Source: Methanobacteriota archaeon (lineage in GTDB: Archaea; Thermoplasmatota; Poseidoniia; Poseidoniales; Poseidoniaceae). Taken from it: a DNA stretch of 64,000 nt. Positions within the stretch are counted from its first letter, which is position 1; every line of letters begins with the position of its first letter. The stretch lies in NCBI GenBank assembly GCA_002718195.1, contig PBDU01000011.1, positions 219,927 through 283,926 of the forward strand, given 5' to 3'. This document shows, one piece after another, positions 8,842 to 18,680 of the stretch. Made by a program: the position numbers and the translations under genes. The notes beneath the pieces are model-generated. The model did no database searches, had not been told where the DNA came from, and saw only the letters and a list, made by a program, of their open reading frames with translations.

Positions 8842-10581
8842 ATGGCAAATGAAGGTAAAATCTACAGAATTTCTGGTCCGGTAGTTACGGCAATCGGAAT
8901 GGAAGCATCGATGTACGACGTTGTAAGAGTAGGTGACGAAGGTCTAATGGGCGAAGTTATCGAATTACACGGTGAGAAAGCAGTTATCCAAGTTTACGAG
9001 GATACATCAGGTATCAGACCTGGTGAACCGGTTATCAACACAAAGGAGACTCTTTCTGTTGCATTAGGTCCTGGTCTTTTAACTCAGATTTATGACGGAA
9101 TTCAGAGACCTCTACCTACTCTAGAAGCAGAGATGGGTTACTTCATCAAGCGTGGATTAGATGCTGACGCATTCGATATGGAAAAGAAGTGGACCTTCAA
9201 TCCAGTTGCATCCGCAGGTGACGCTGTTCAAGGCGGTCAAGTGATTGGAGAAGTGCAAGAGACAGAAACCATTGTTCACAAGATCATGATTCCTCCTGGT
9301 GTATCTGGAACAATCAAGTCCATTGAATCTGGAGATTTCAACGTAACAGAGAATATTGCTGTACTTGAAGACGGTACTGAGATTCAGATGCTACAAAAGT
9401 GGCCTGTTAGAACTCCACGTCCGTACACACAAAAGTACGCTCCCGACACCCCTCTAATCACAGGAATGAGAATTCTTGACTTCCTGTTCCCACTCGCAAA
9501 GGGTGGTGCAGCGGGTATCCCTGGACCATTCGGTTCTGGAAAGACTGTTACCCAACAATCTCTAGCAAAGTTTTCAGACGCTCAAATTGTTGTCTACATC
9601 GGATGTGGCGAGCGTGGAAATGAAATGACTGAAGTATTGGACGAGTTCCCTCACTTGATTGATCCAAATACCGGAAAGCCTCTGATGAACAGAACGGTCA
9701 TGATTGCAAACACATCAAACATGCCTGTAGCTGCAAGAGAAGCATCTGTGTACACTGGAATTACTATTGCAGAATACTTCCGTGACATGGGTTACGATGT
9801 TGCATTGATGGCAGACTCAACCTCAAGATGGGCTGAAGCAATGAGAGAAATTTCCTCAAGGCTTGAAGAAATGCCTGGTGAAGAAGGATATCCTGCTTAC
9901 CTTTCAAGCAGAATTGCCGAATTCTATGAGCGTGCAGGACGTGTAAACTCTCTAGGTGGAGATGACGGGTCTGTTACAGTTATCGGAGCGGTATCACCTC
10001 CTGGTGGTGACATCTCTGAACCTGTCAGCCAAGGTACTCTGAGAATTGTTAAGGTTTTCTGGGGTCTTGATGCTGGTCTGGCAAGACAAAGACACTTCCC
10101 TGCTATCAACTGGTTGAACTCATACTCTCTATACCCGCCTTCTTTGAACCAGTGGTACAGAGACAATATTGCACAGGATTTCCCTGAGATTAGAACTGAA
10201 ATTTCTACTCTATTACAGATTGAGTCCGAACTTCAAGAAATCGTACAATTAGTCGGTTCAGATGCTCTACCGGTCGACCAACAACTAACTCTAGAAGTTG
10301 CTAGAATGATCAGAGAATATTTCCTACAACAAAACGGATTCCACGATGTTGATGCATCCTGTGAAATAAATTTGGTCTACAAGATGGCTAAGGCTATCCT
10401 AACCTTCCAAACAGCAGCAAAGGCTGCTATGGCTGCAGGTGCTCAATTAGAAGACATCACTGGTGTACCATCAAGGTCTACCTTGATGAGAGGAAAATTC
10501 GAAGCATCATATGTTGACGATATCGAAGAAATGGTTGCTACCATGGTTAAAGAAATCGAAGCGACCGTGGAGGACAACTGA
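8842..10581 (+). CDS. atpA: A-type ATP synthase catalytic subunit A
   Basis: [16 protein letters not shown] and [15 protein letters not shown] at 8842 follows AAGGAGG. Confidence 0.98.
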   Translation: MANEGKIYRISGPVVTAIGMEASMYDVVRVGDEGLMGEVIELHGEKAVIQVYEDTSGIRPGEPVINTKETLSVALGPGLLTQIYDGIQRPLPTLEAEMGYFIKRGLDADAFDMEKKWTFNPVASAGDAVQGGQVIGEVQETETIVHKIMIPPGVSGTIKSIESGDFNVTENIAVLEDGTEIQMLQKWPVRTPRPYTQKYAPDTPLITGMRILDFLFPLAKGGAAGIPGPFGSGKTVTQQSLAKFSDAQIVVYIGCGERGNEMTEVLDEFPHLIDPNTGKPLMNRTVMIANTSNMPVAAREASVYTGITIAEYFRDMGYDVALMADSTSRWAEAMREISSRLEEMPGEEGYPAYLSSRIAEFYERAGRVNSLGGDDGSVTVIGAVSPPGGDISEPVSQGTLRIVKVFWGLDAGLARQRHFPAINWLNSYSLYPPSLNQWYRDNIAQDFPEIRTEISTLLQIESELQEIVQLVGSDALPVDQQLTLEVARMIREYFLQQNGFHDVDASCEINLVYKMAKAILTFQTAAKAAMAAGAQLEDITGVPSRSTLMRGKFEASYVDDIEEMVATMVKEIEATVEDN

Positions 10582-10594
10582 AGGAGGAATAATC

Positions 10595-11974
10595 ATGGCA
10601 GGAAAAGAATACAGAACAATCACAGACGTAAAGGGACCACTAGTATTCCTTGAAAAGACTGAGCCAGTAGCGTTCGGAGAAATTGTAACTCTAAAACTAA
10701 GCAATGGTACAATCAAGAATGGACAAGTTCTTGACACATCCGATGATTTAGTGGTGGTACAAGTTTTCGAAGGGACTGCTAAGGTGGACAGAAACACTGG
10801 TGTTACTTTCATGGGAGATGTTTTCAAATTACCAGTTTCAACCGACTTAGTTGGAAGAATTTTGGACGGAGCAGGAAGACCAAGAGATGGTGGACCAGAA
10901 ATCGTAGCAGAAGAGAAAGCTGACATTATCGGTGAAGCGATCAACCCGTTCTCAAGAAAGAGTCCACACGACTTTATCCAAACAGGTATCTCAGCAATTG
11001 ACTGCTGTACTACTCTTGTTCGTGGACAGAAGCTACCTATCTTCTCAGCATCAGGTCTACCTCACAACGACATTGCTCTACAAATTGCAAGACAAGCAAA
11101 ACTGAAGGATTCAGATGAAGAGTTTATTGTTGTATTCTGTGCAATGGGAATCACTGCTGAAGAATACAACTACTTCAGGTCTGACTTGGAGAGAACCGGT
11201 GCTCTAGAAAATGCGGTACTATTCGTAAATCTTGCTGATGACCCTGCTGTCGAGAGAATCATTACTCCAAGACTAGCATTGACTGCAGCAGAATACCTTG
11301 CTTTCGAGAAGGATTACCACGTACTTGTTATCTATACTGACATGACAAACTACTGTGATGCATTGAGACAAATCGGTGCTGCTAGAGAAGAGGTTCCAGG
11401 AAGACGTGGATACCCAGGTTACATGTATACTGACTTGGCTATGCTTTACGAGCGTGCTGGAATTATCAAAGGAAAGAAAGGTTCAATCACTCAATTCCCA
11501 ATTTTGACAATGCCTGGTGACGATATTACTCACCCAATTCCTGACTTGTCAGGATATATTACAGAAGGTCAGATTGTTATCAGTCGTGAGTTATACCAGC
11601 AAGGAATTTATCCGCCGATCAACGTTTTGCCTTCATTGAGCAGATTGATGGGTTCCTGTATTGGTGCTAAAACAACTCGTGAGGACCACAAATCCGTATC
11701 TGACCAAATGTATGCTGCATACGCTCAAGGAAGAGAACTAAGAGGACTTGTAGCGATTGTTGGTGAAGATGCACTAAACGAGCGTGACAAGCAACTTTTG
11801 GACTTCTCCGGAGTCTTTGAGGATAAATTCTTGAGACAAGGACAAGATGAAGACAGGTCCATTGATGACACTCTCGACCTATGTTGGGATTTGATGTCAA
11901 GCATCTCTACCAAGTACTTGGTAAGACTTGACCAAAAGTGGATTGAAAAGTACCACCCAGACAACAGGGCTTGA
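10595..11974 (+). CDS. atpB: A-type ATP synthase subunit B
   Basis: [20 protein letters not shown] and THPIPDL. ATG at 10595 follows AAGGAGG. Confidence 0.98.
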   Translation: MAGKEYRTITDVKGPLVFLEKTEPVAFGEIVTLKLSNGTIKNGQVLDTSDDLVVVQVFEGTAKVDRNTGVTFMGDVFKLPVSTDLVGRILDGAGRPRDGGPEIVAEEKADIIGEAINPFSRKSPHDFIQTGISAIDCCTTLVRGQKLPIFSASGLPHNDIALQIARQAKLKDSDEEFIVVFCAMGITAEEYNYFRSDLERTGALENAVLFVNLADDPAVERIITPRLALTAAEYLAFEKDYHVLVIYTDMTNYCDALRQIGAAREEVPGRRGYPGYMYTDLAMLYERAGIIKGKKGSITQFPILTMPGDDITHPIPDLSGYITEGQIVISRELYQQGIYPPINVLPSLSRLMGSCIGAKTTREDHKSVSDQMYAAYAQGRELRGLVAIVGEDALNERDKQLLDFSGVFEDKFLRQGQDEDRSIDDTLDLCWDLMSSISTKYLVRLDQKWIEKYHPDNRA

Positions 11975-12005
11975 TTTCAAGGAGTAAAAGCGGGAGGAAT
12001 ATGAA

Positions 12006-12623
12006 ATGGCATTGGATATTAAGCCAACCCGCAGCGAATTAATTAAGCTGAAAGCAAGAATTAAGCAAACCAAAAATGGTTACAAATTGTTGAAGATGAA
12101 GCGTGATGGTCTATTCCACGAATTTAGATCCCTTCTTGCTGAAATGATAGAGGCAAAGAAAGATCTTACTGCAACTTACAGATTAGCCAAGACCCGTATT
12201 GACTTAGCGAATGCTATCGAGGGTGGTTTAGCGGTTAGAGCAACAGCAATTGCAAACTCTGCACATCCAGAAGTTGAAGTTCAGAGGAGAAATATCATGG
12301 GTGTAGTAGTACCAAATATCCAAGGTTCAGGTCTGAAATCATCCTTCGATAGCAGAGGAGTCGGTTTTATTGGTTCAAGCCCATATATCGATGAAGCGAG
12401 TGACTCATTTGGAAATTTGATTGAAAAAATAGTCACCGCTGCGGAGATGGAAGCTACTCTAAAGAGGCTACTGGAAGAAATCGAAGCAACAAAAAGGCGT
12501 GTAAATGCTTTGGAATTCAAGGTCATTCCGGAACTTGAAGAAGCACAAGGTTTCATCAAATTAAGGCTTGAAGAGATGGAAAGAGAAGAAACCTTCCGTT
12601 TGAAGAGATTCAAAAACAAGTAA
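12006..12623 (+). CDS. atpD: A-type ATP synthase subunit D
   Basis: PTRSEL, LLKMKRD, NIMGV and TKRRVNALE. Confidence 0.97.
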   Translation: MALDIKPTRSELIKLKARIKQTKNGYKLLKMKRDGLFHEFRSLLAEMIEAKKDLTATYRLAKTRIDLANAIEGGLAVRATAIANSAHPEVEVQRRNIMGVVVPNIQGSGLKSSFDSRGVGFIGSSPYIDEASDSFGNLIEKIVTAAEMEATLKRLLEEIEATKRRVNALEFKVIPELEEAQGFIKLRLEEMEREETFRLKRFKNK

Positions 12624-12692
12624 TTGTTCTCTAAACCTAAGGGCGACGATGTCGACGATGTTGGACCTCTCGGCAGAACAGTTGGTGAGTTA

Positions 12693-15161
12693 ATGCAAAA
12701 TGGAGAAGAAGAGGGTGATTATGTCTCCCAGGACTCCGTTGAGCAGATTGATATTCATAGAAAAGTTTGGGACCAAAAAGAGTTGATAGTAAGAATTCTA
12801 AATCGTCACTTCACCTTGCTTGAAGATTATGGCGGAAATTGGCCGCAATGGAAAATAGATTCCTACCCTGACTCAAATGTTCATGACTCTCTGGAGGATG
12901 CCAATAAGGAACTAGACCCACTCAACTTAGTCGCTAGGCTGAGTTTAGGAAAACCATGGAATATTCAAATCGTTCCTATGAAATCAAGTCAATTTCCACA
13001 TGTTAAATGGAGTATTCTTTTGTGGTTAATGTCGGCAATCACCCTAACAGCTGCAGCAATTAATTGGATGTCACCAAGAAGACCCGCAGAAGGATACTTT
13101 GCTTCATCTTTGATTTCAGATGCAATATTGAGTTATACTTTGCCTGTACTTTTTGCCTTAGGCATAATTTCAGTCATTCAACAAGTCACATCTCGTAAAA
13201 GGGGTACAAGAGCGGGTGTTTTAGTACCTATTTTTGATCCATCAATTCTCCTTTGGATTTCTGGTTTGTCCTCGGAATTATTGTTTTGGCCCTTCGGTAT
13301 TTTGATGGTCACAACATTACCAAGAATGTCTTCAAGAGTATACAAGAATAGGGAAGATCTTGGAATAATCTCTCTTGTACCTGTTTTATCGATGTTAATT
13401 TTTGGTATGGCATATTGGATAATTGGTCTAATCCTTGCTCCTGAACAAACGCTTGTAACCTCAGCCCCTCATTCGATTACGCCAACATATTTCATGCAAG
13501 TAATCATTCCACCAGAACTGATTGCAAGCTCTGTTTGGGCATCTCCGATAGTTCTAGCAGGTGCTTGTTTGGCTCTGATGTCATGGCTAAACTCTTTGCA
13601 CATACCTGGCCTTCCCGGAGGCAGGTTACACATATCCAGAAGAACTTCCAAAGAAGTAAGAGACTTTTGGACTTTCACATTCCTTCTATCTTCATGCTTT
13701 TTGGGAGCAGTAGTCTACAACGTATTCGAATATTTTTCCATGTGGACAATGATTATCCCATTCCTTGCTGCTTTACTTGTCCTAAATGGCACAAGGCAAG
13801 GAATACCATTTGTTCTGGATGAGGAGAAGCGTCTTTCTAACACAAGCGAATTCAGGATAGGATTTGTTTGGGGGCTTGTATTGCTTGTTGCTCTTCCTGC
13901 AGTAGAAACAATGACCTATCATGATAATTGGAATTCGGAGATTGAGTACTCAGTTGAATCGGATTTAGTGGAGATGATAGGAGACGATTGGAATTTCAGT
14001 TTCACTATCCAAGTTGTTAATCCATCACTGCAAGACAAACAATGGGAATTCTCGCTAAGAGAATCTCCTAATCAGGGCTGGAACTTTGACTCCACATGCT
14101 TAGAATCTATTTGCAAAGGGGAACTTTCAGCCCTCGATTTTGAAATTATCAGAATTAACGCAACATGGAATAATTCTGTTTATGACCCAACTTCTTCATC
14201 ATTCTTAGTCGAAGTAGGAAATGAATTTGATTTTAGGATAGTAGAGATTGATTTAGGAGAATATAATGGTCCTTTATCCGACCGTACTTCAATCATCGAG
14301 ATGGATCAAGAATACTTCCACTGCGTCGATTTTATGAGTAACCAATCCGGAAACCTATCCCTAAATCTCGACCAGGTTAACTCATCCTTCTTTTCTTTTG
14401 AATCTTCAAATTCTCAGGTTGTTGAAGTAAAGGAAGGTAATAATCAGGTATGCATAGATGCACGGGAAGAGATACTATTCAAAACTAGGGATAACTTTGA
14501 AATTTCGTTTAACAATTCTACATATTTGGTTGGTTTGTCTGAAGATGTCGAAAAATCACTCATAATTCCGCCTGCCGGATGGCTGTTGAACGGTAGTGAG
14601 ACCGGTTGGACAGATTCATTTGCAAATGGTGGTGAATTGATTTTGAATGATTATAATTGTACATTTTCCCCTCTCATGGGTCCAAGCATGCCTCAAGAAG
14701 GAGAATGGGTTTGGAATATGAGTAACCGTAGTATGGCATCAATTCCATCGTTAGGAAATGATTCTTTGAGACTGATTGTGCCTGATGACTCTAGTTTATT
14801 GCTATGTGATAATGACTTCAATATAGTCGCTAATTTTTCGGTTGAATACGGACCGGAAATCCTTGTTAATCATTCCAACGAGTATTCAAGAATTTGGAAT
14901 GATGAACTAATTTGGGTAAACTTTGGGGAAGAGAACAATACCTTTGAAATTGAGATAATTAATCCATCAAATCGAGCAGTCGATTACACATCCAATTGGC
15001 TAAGGGGTCAATCTTGGAGTCATGCAGAATCAAACCCAGAACAAATTTCTCCGGGAAGCAATACATTTTCACTCAATGCTGATCATAGCAATCCCTCCTT
15101 TGTCTTCCTTTCTTATGATGACGATGAGATTATTTTCAATTTCATATCTTTTGAGGTATAG
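12693..15161 (+). CDS. Site-2 protease (M50)-like multi-pass membrane protein with degenerate catalytic motifs and a large C-terminal extracellular region
   Basis: M50/EGY-like TM layout and WLNSLHIPGLPGGR (cf. NLLPxxxLDGG); no HExxH. Start at 12693 follows GGTGA; 12624 is also possible. Confidence 0.6.
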   Translation: MQNGEEEGDYVSQDSVEQIDIHRKVWDQKELIVRILNRHFTLLEDYGGNWPQWKIDSYPDSNVHDSLEDANKELDPLNLVARLSLGKPWNIQIVPMKSSQFPHVKWSILLWLMSAITLTAAAINWMSPRRPAEGYFASSLISDAILSYTLPVLFALGIISVIQQVTSRKRGTRAGVLVPIFDPSILLWISGLSSELLFWPFGILMVTTLPRMSSRVYKNREDLGIISLVPVLSMLIFGMAYWIIGLILAPEQTLVTSAPHSITPTYFMQVIIPPELIASSVWASPIVLAGACLALMSWLNSLHIPGLPGGRLHISRRTSKEVRDFWTFTFLLSSCFLGAVVYNVFEYFSMWTMIIPFLAALLVLNGTRQGIPFVLDEEKRLSNTSEFRIGFVWGLVLLVALPAVETMTYHDNWNSEIEYSVESDLVEMIGDDWNFSFTIQVVNPSLQDKQWEFSLRESPNQGWNFDSTCLESICKGELSALDFEIIRINATWNNSVYDPTSSSFLVEVGNEFDFRIVEIDLGEYNGPLSDRTSIIEMDQEYFHCVDFMSNQSGNLSLNLDQVNSSFFSFESSNSQVVEVKEGNNQVCIDAREEILFKTRDNFEISFNNSTYLVGLSEDVEKSLIIPPAGWLLNGSETGWTDSFANGGELILNDYNCTFSPLMGPSMPQEGEWVWNMSNRSMASIPSLGNDSLRLIVPDDSSLLLCDNDFNIVANFSVEYGPEILVNHSNEYSRIWNDELIWVNFGEENNTFEIEIINPSNRAVDYTSNWLRGQSWSHAESNPEQISPGSNTFSLNADHSNPSFVFLSYDDDEIIFNFISFEV

Positions 15162-15163
15162 TC

Positions 15164-16105
15164 ATGAACATAGCAATAGTTGGTGCAGGCTCGATAGGGG
15201 GCTTATTTGCAGCCAAGCTATCGAATGCTGGAGTAGAGAATCTTCTAGTTCACTCCAGGGGAACAATGGGCGAATCATTCATATCCACTGGAATTAATAT
15301 ATCCGGTTTAGCAACACTTAGTATTCCAGTGTCGAACTTTTTTCCAAGCATTGCAGAAGTTGGTATTCCTCCTGAATGGAAACAAGCATCGGACCTGATA
15401 ATCATCACAGGGAAGTCTACTCATGCTGAAGAGTTAATTGAAACAGCACACGTTTTATCCCACTCGAAGTCAATCATATTTTCACCTTCAAATGGAATTG
15501 GTTGGGAAGAATTGCTTTGTAAGAAATTCGGCAAATCGAGAGTTCTTGCAGCAAGTACCACTCATGCTGCAAAAAGAGAAGGCAACTCATCGATCATATA
15601 TACTGGAATTGGAGAGATAGTTCTAGGTGCAATCGGAGGAAACATAAGCGAAGATGCCGTGCAAGAGATTATTGATTTATTATCTAAATCCTCACTCAAA
15701 CCTAGATGGGTTGATGACGGCGAATCAGTTGTTTGGGAAAAAGCGATTCTCAATGCGGCAATAAATCCTCTAGCGGCTCTCTCTGGAGTGAAAAATGGGG
15801 AACTGCTTAAAGGAAATAATTGGTTTACGGCATTAGAAATAATGTATGAAGCCTGCCTTGTTGCAAGAACTCATGGCGTATTGATTAGGCAAGATGAGGA
15901 AATGGAAGAGCTACTTTCTCACGTTTTAGAATCGACTGCACAGAATACTTGCTCTATGGGTCAAGATTTGATGTATGGCAGGAAAACCGAAATCGATTTC
16001 ATAAATGGGAAAATAGTTGAATTGGCTGAAACATATGGTATTCCAGTTCCATTCAATCGTTTGCTGACTACATTGGTAAAGATGTCAGAGCCAAATAAAG
16101 ATTAA
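15164..16105 (+). CDS. panE: 2-dehydropantoate 2-reductase
   Basis: GAGSIGG, WEKAILNAAINP and SMGQDL...TEIDFING. Confidence 0.92.
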   Translation: MNIAIVGAGSIGGLFAAKLSNAGVENLLVHSRGTMGESFISTGINISGLATLSIPVSNFFPSIAEVGIPPEWKQASDLIIITGKSTHAEELIETAHVLSHSKSIIFSPSNGIGWEELLCKKFGKSRVLAASTTHAAKREGNSSIIYTGIGEIVLGAIGGNISEDAVQEIIDLLSKSSLKPRWVDDGESVVWEKAILNAAINPLAALSGVKNGELLKGNNWFTALEIMYEACLVARTHGVLIRQDEEMEELLSHVLESTAQNTCSMGQDLMYGRKTEIDFINGKIVELAETYGIPVPFNRLLTTLVKMSEPNKD

Positions 16106-17706
16106 ATCAAGTCTTTATTGAAATGCAATCCTTTATTCTCTCTACGCTCTAAGGCATCTAAGATTACTAACTTCGCTAATTGAGCCATATTCCTTAATTC
16201 AACTAAATCTCTAGAAGGAATCGATGATTTCCATAATTTGTCTACCTCGCCGTTGAGTAGATCAACCCTTCTCTGAGCTCTTTTCAGTCTTGCGAAACTG
16301 CGAGAAACACCAACTTCTCTAAACATTGATTTTCTAAGATCCTCCCTATCGTTTACGATTGGTGAGTGTTCCACCAATTCGTCTAAACCATCAGCTCTCC
16401 AATTTGGTAAATCTCTTTTATCTGCTCCTTCAATAGGGTTAGCGATTATGAATTCAGCAGCCCTATGTGCATATACAACTGCCTCCAAAAGGGAATTACT
16501 TGCAAGTCTATTTGCTCCATGCATTCCAGTTCGTGCTACTTCACCAATTCCAAATAAACCGGGCATTATCTCACCATTTTCCAGTTTAACAGCACCCTTT
16601 GAATCAACGCTGACCCCACCAACCATGTAGTGTGCAGCGGGGGTAACTGGAATCTCGTCATCACCCAATTTAAGTCCAAAATTATCTAAGTGAGATTGAA
16701 TTGTTGGAAATCTGTTGGTAAGATAATCTGAATCCAGGTGTTTAGTGTAAAGGTATACTTCATTACGACCAGATTTTTTCAAGTTGGAATCAATGGTCCT
16801 TGCTACGATATCTCTCGTTGCTAAAGACCCTAATTCTGAGGCATTTTTCATGAATGAAAAATCATTAGCATCTATCCTTTTTCCTTCTTCAATGCTACTT
16901 TCTATAGATTTTAAACCTTCAAAGTCAAGTAAAACCGCACCTTCTCCCCGAAGTGCTTCAGAAATCAGAAAAGGTCTGTTAGAATTAAGAGTCGATGCAG
17001 TAGGATGAAATTGTACATATGCTAAGTCCTGAACTTCACAACCTGCCCTTTTTGCCATCATCATTCCATCTCCAGTAGCAACACTAGGATTTGTTGTTCT
17101 TGACCACAACTGCCCGGCTCCTCCAGTCGCTATAATGACATAATCTGCGGGAATTGTTTCAACCTCTCCTCCGGTGGAATCCATGCACCACAAGCCGGTG
17201 ATTCCCGCGCTCGGGTTTCCATGCACCTTCTGAATTAAATCAATCACCAGAGTATTATCTCTTATCTCGATATTTTCATGTTCATATACTCGATTTAGTA
17301 AAGATGTCTCTATCTCCCTTCCTGTAGCGTCTTTAGCGTGAAGAATTCGAGAGTCACTATGTCCGCCTTCCTTGGTAAGGTTGAATTTCCCCGAATCATC
17401 CCTATCAAAATTAACTCCAATGTTAATCAAGTCAAGAATTCTATTTCCAGATTCTTCTACTATTGATCTTACAACATCATCATCGCATTCACCATCACCT
17501 GATTTGAGTGTGTCAGAAATGTGTGATTCTAATGCCTGAATATTTGTTTTATCCAATATTCCTGCAATACCTCCTTGTGCCCAATTTGTGGATGAGTCTT
17601 TGCTTCTCTGCTTGGTTAGGATAAGCACTTTGTGACCAGAATCGGCAATTTTAATCGAACAGAATAGACCTGCTATTCCGCTGCCTATCACGACAACACT
17701 ACTCAT
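16102..17706 (-). CDS. nadB: L-aspartate oxidase
   Basis: GSGIAG, WAQGGIA, EGGHS, QFHPT and HGANRLASNSLLE. Confidence 0.93.
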   Translation of the reverse strand: MSSVVVIGSGIAGLFCSIKIADSGHKVLILTKQRSKDSSTNWAQGGIAGILDKTNIQALESHISDTLKSGDGECDDDVVRSIVEESGNRILDLINIGVNFDRDDSGKFNLTKEGGHSDSRILHAKDATGREIETSLLNRVYEHENIEIRDNTLVIDLIQKVHGNPSAGITGLWCMDSTGGEVETIPADYVIIATGGAGQLWSRTTNPSVATGDGMMMAKRAGCEVQDLAYVQFHPTASTLNSNRPFLISEALRGEGAVLLDFEGLKSIESSIEEGKRIDANDFSFMKNASELGSLATRDIVARTIDSNLKKSGRNEVYLYTKHLDSDYLTNRFPTIQSHLDNFGLKLGDDEIPVTPAAHYMVGGVSVDSKGAVKLENGEIMPGLFGIGEVARTGMHGANRLASNSLLEAVVYAHRAAEFIIANPIEGADKRDLPNWRADGLDELVEHSPIVNDREDLRKSMFREVGVSRSFARLKRAQRRVDLLNGEVDKLWKSSIPSRDLVELRNMAQLAKLVILDALERRENKGLHFNKDLI

Positions 17707-17807
17707 GCGAATACAGTCCTCCCAATTGGTGGTTATTCTTCACCTCATCGGATTTATCACAATTCTAATCGCATAAACTAATAATGATAATCCTCAGGAT
17801 TTAACTG

Positions 17808-18551
17808 ATGGCAAAGAGGAAAATTGCGAGTTTATTCGGCCTCGCAATTCTTATTTTTGTTATTGGAAATGCTCAATTTGGCGCAGTCGCACCTAGAGCT
17901 TATGAGGGAATTGATGAGAATTACAAAATCAATGTAATGAGCTTGAGCGATCCGCTTTGTACGGGTGACCAAATCGTGGAACATCTGGAAACATTGGGTC
18001 AATCTCATTGCCTTGAGGAACCAGGAGTTTGGAATGGTGAAGATTTACTGATGGGTATCGAGGGTCTTGCATTGGTGGCTGCGGGTTTTTTGCGCATGCC
18101 TAAAGATCCACTAAAAGCTCAAAAAGTGAGAAAATTGATGTTTGCTTCGGGTGCCATGCTATTCGGTGTGGCAATTTTAGATCGGTTACAATATCTCCCT
18201 TCTTCTTATTCTTCCGCTGGACTTGTCGATATAGTTCCATTTATTGAAAAACCAATCATGTTACAATTGCTAGTTGCTTTTGTTGGAACCCTGCTTTTGA
18301 TGGGTCCCAAGTACACTAATTCAGAATTTGCTATTGAAAGGGCACGCAGGCAACAAAATAGGGACAAACACAGAAAAGCATTCGCTGCAACTTACAAACA
18401 AGATGTGTCCAAGAGGATAACAAGATCAAGACTGACTCAATCTCAATACAGTCCTCAGGGTGGTACAACAAGAGGAGTGAGAGTCTTTGCTACATGCCCA
18501 TACTGTAAGGGGAAAGGTTGCGATGTTTGTTCTAAATCTGGCGTTTTCTGA
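17808..18551 (+). CDS. Membrane protein with a C-terminal CxxCxGxG/CxxC zinc finger
   Basis: About four hydrophobic segments, a basic tail and CPYCKGKGCDVCSKSG. Confidence 0.65.
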   Translation: MAKRKIASLFGLAILIFVIGNAQFGAVAPRAYEGIDENYKINVMSLSDPLCTGDQIVEHLETLGQSHCLEEPGVWNGEDLLMGIEGLALVAAGFLRMPKDPLKAQKVRKLMFASGAMLFGVAILDRLQYLPSSYSSAGLVDIVPFIEKPIMLQLLVAFVGTLLLMGPKYTNSEFAIERARRQQNRDKHRKAFAATYKQDVSKRITRSRLTQSQYSPQGGTTRGVRVFATCPYCKGKGCDVCSKSGVF

Positions 18552-18680
18552 CTTTTCGGCGTTAAATTTACCCTACAAAAATATGTCATTTTCATTGCAC
18601 ACCACTCGATTTCTTTAAGACCCCTCAACAACCATCCTGTCAAAGGTTAGGGAGTAAAAATCCCATCTGGAGGTTATTGG

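Noticed and set aside
8809-11974. Long overlaps atpF/atpA and atpA/atpB in the ORF track; possible inteins in AtpA, Cdc6 and GyrA/B
   Set aside because: Overlaps vanish with the SD-supported starts 8842 and 10595. Protein lengths are normal and no intein motifs were seen.
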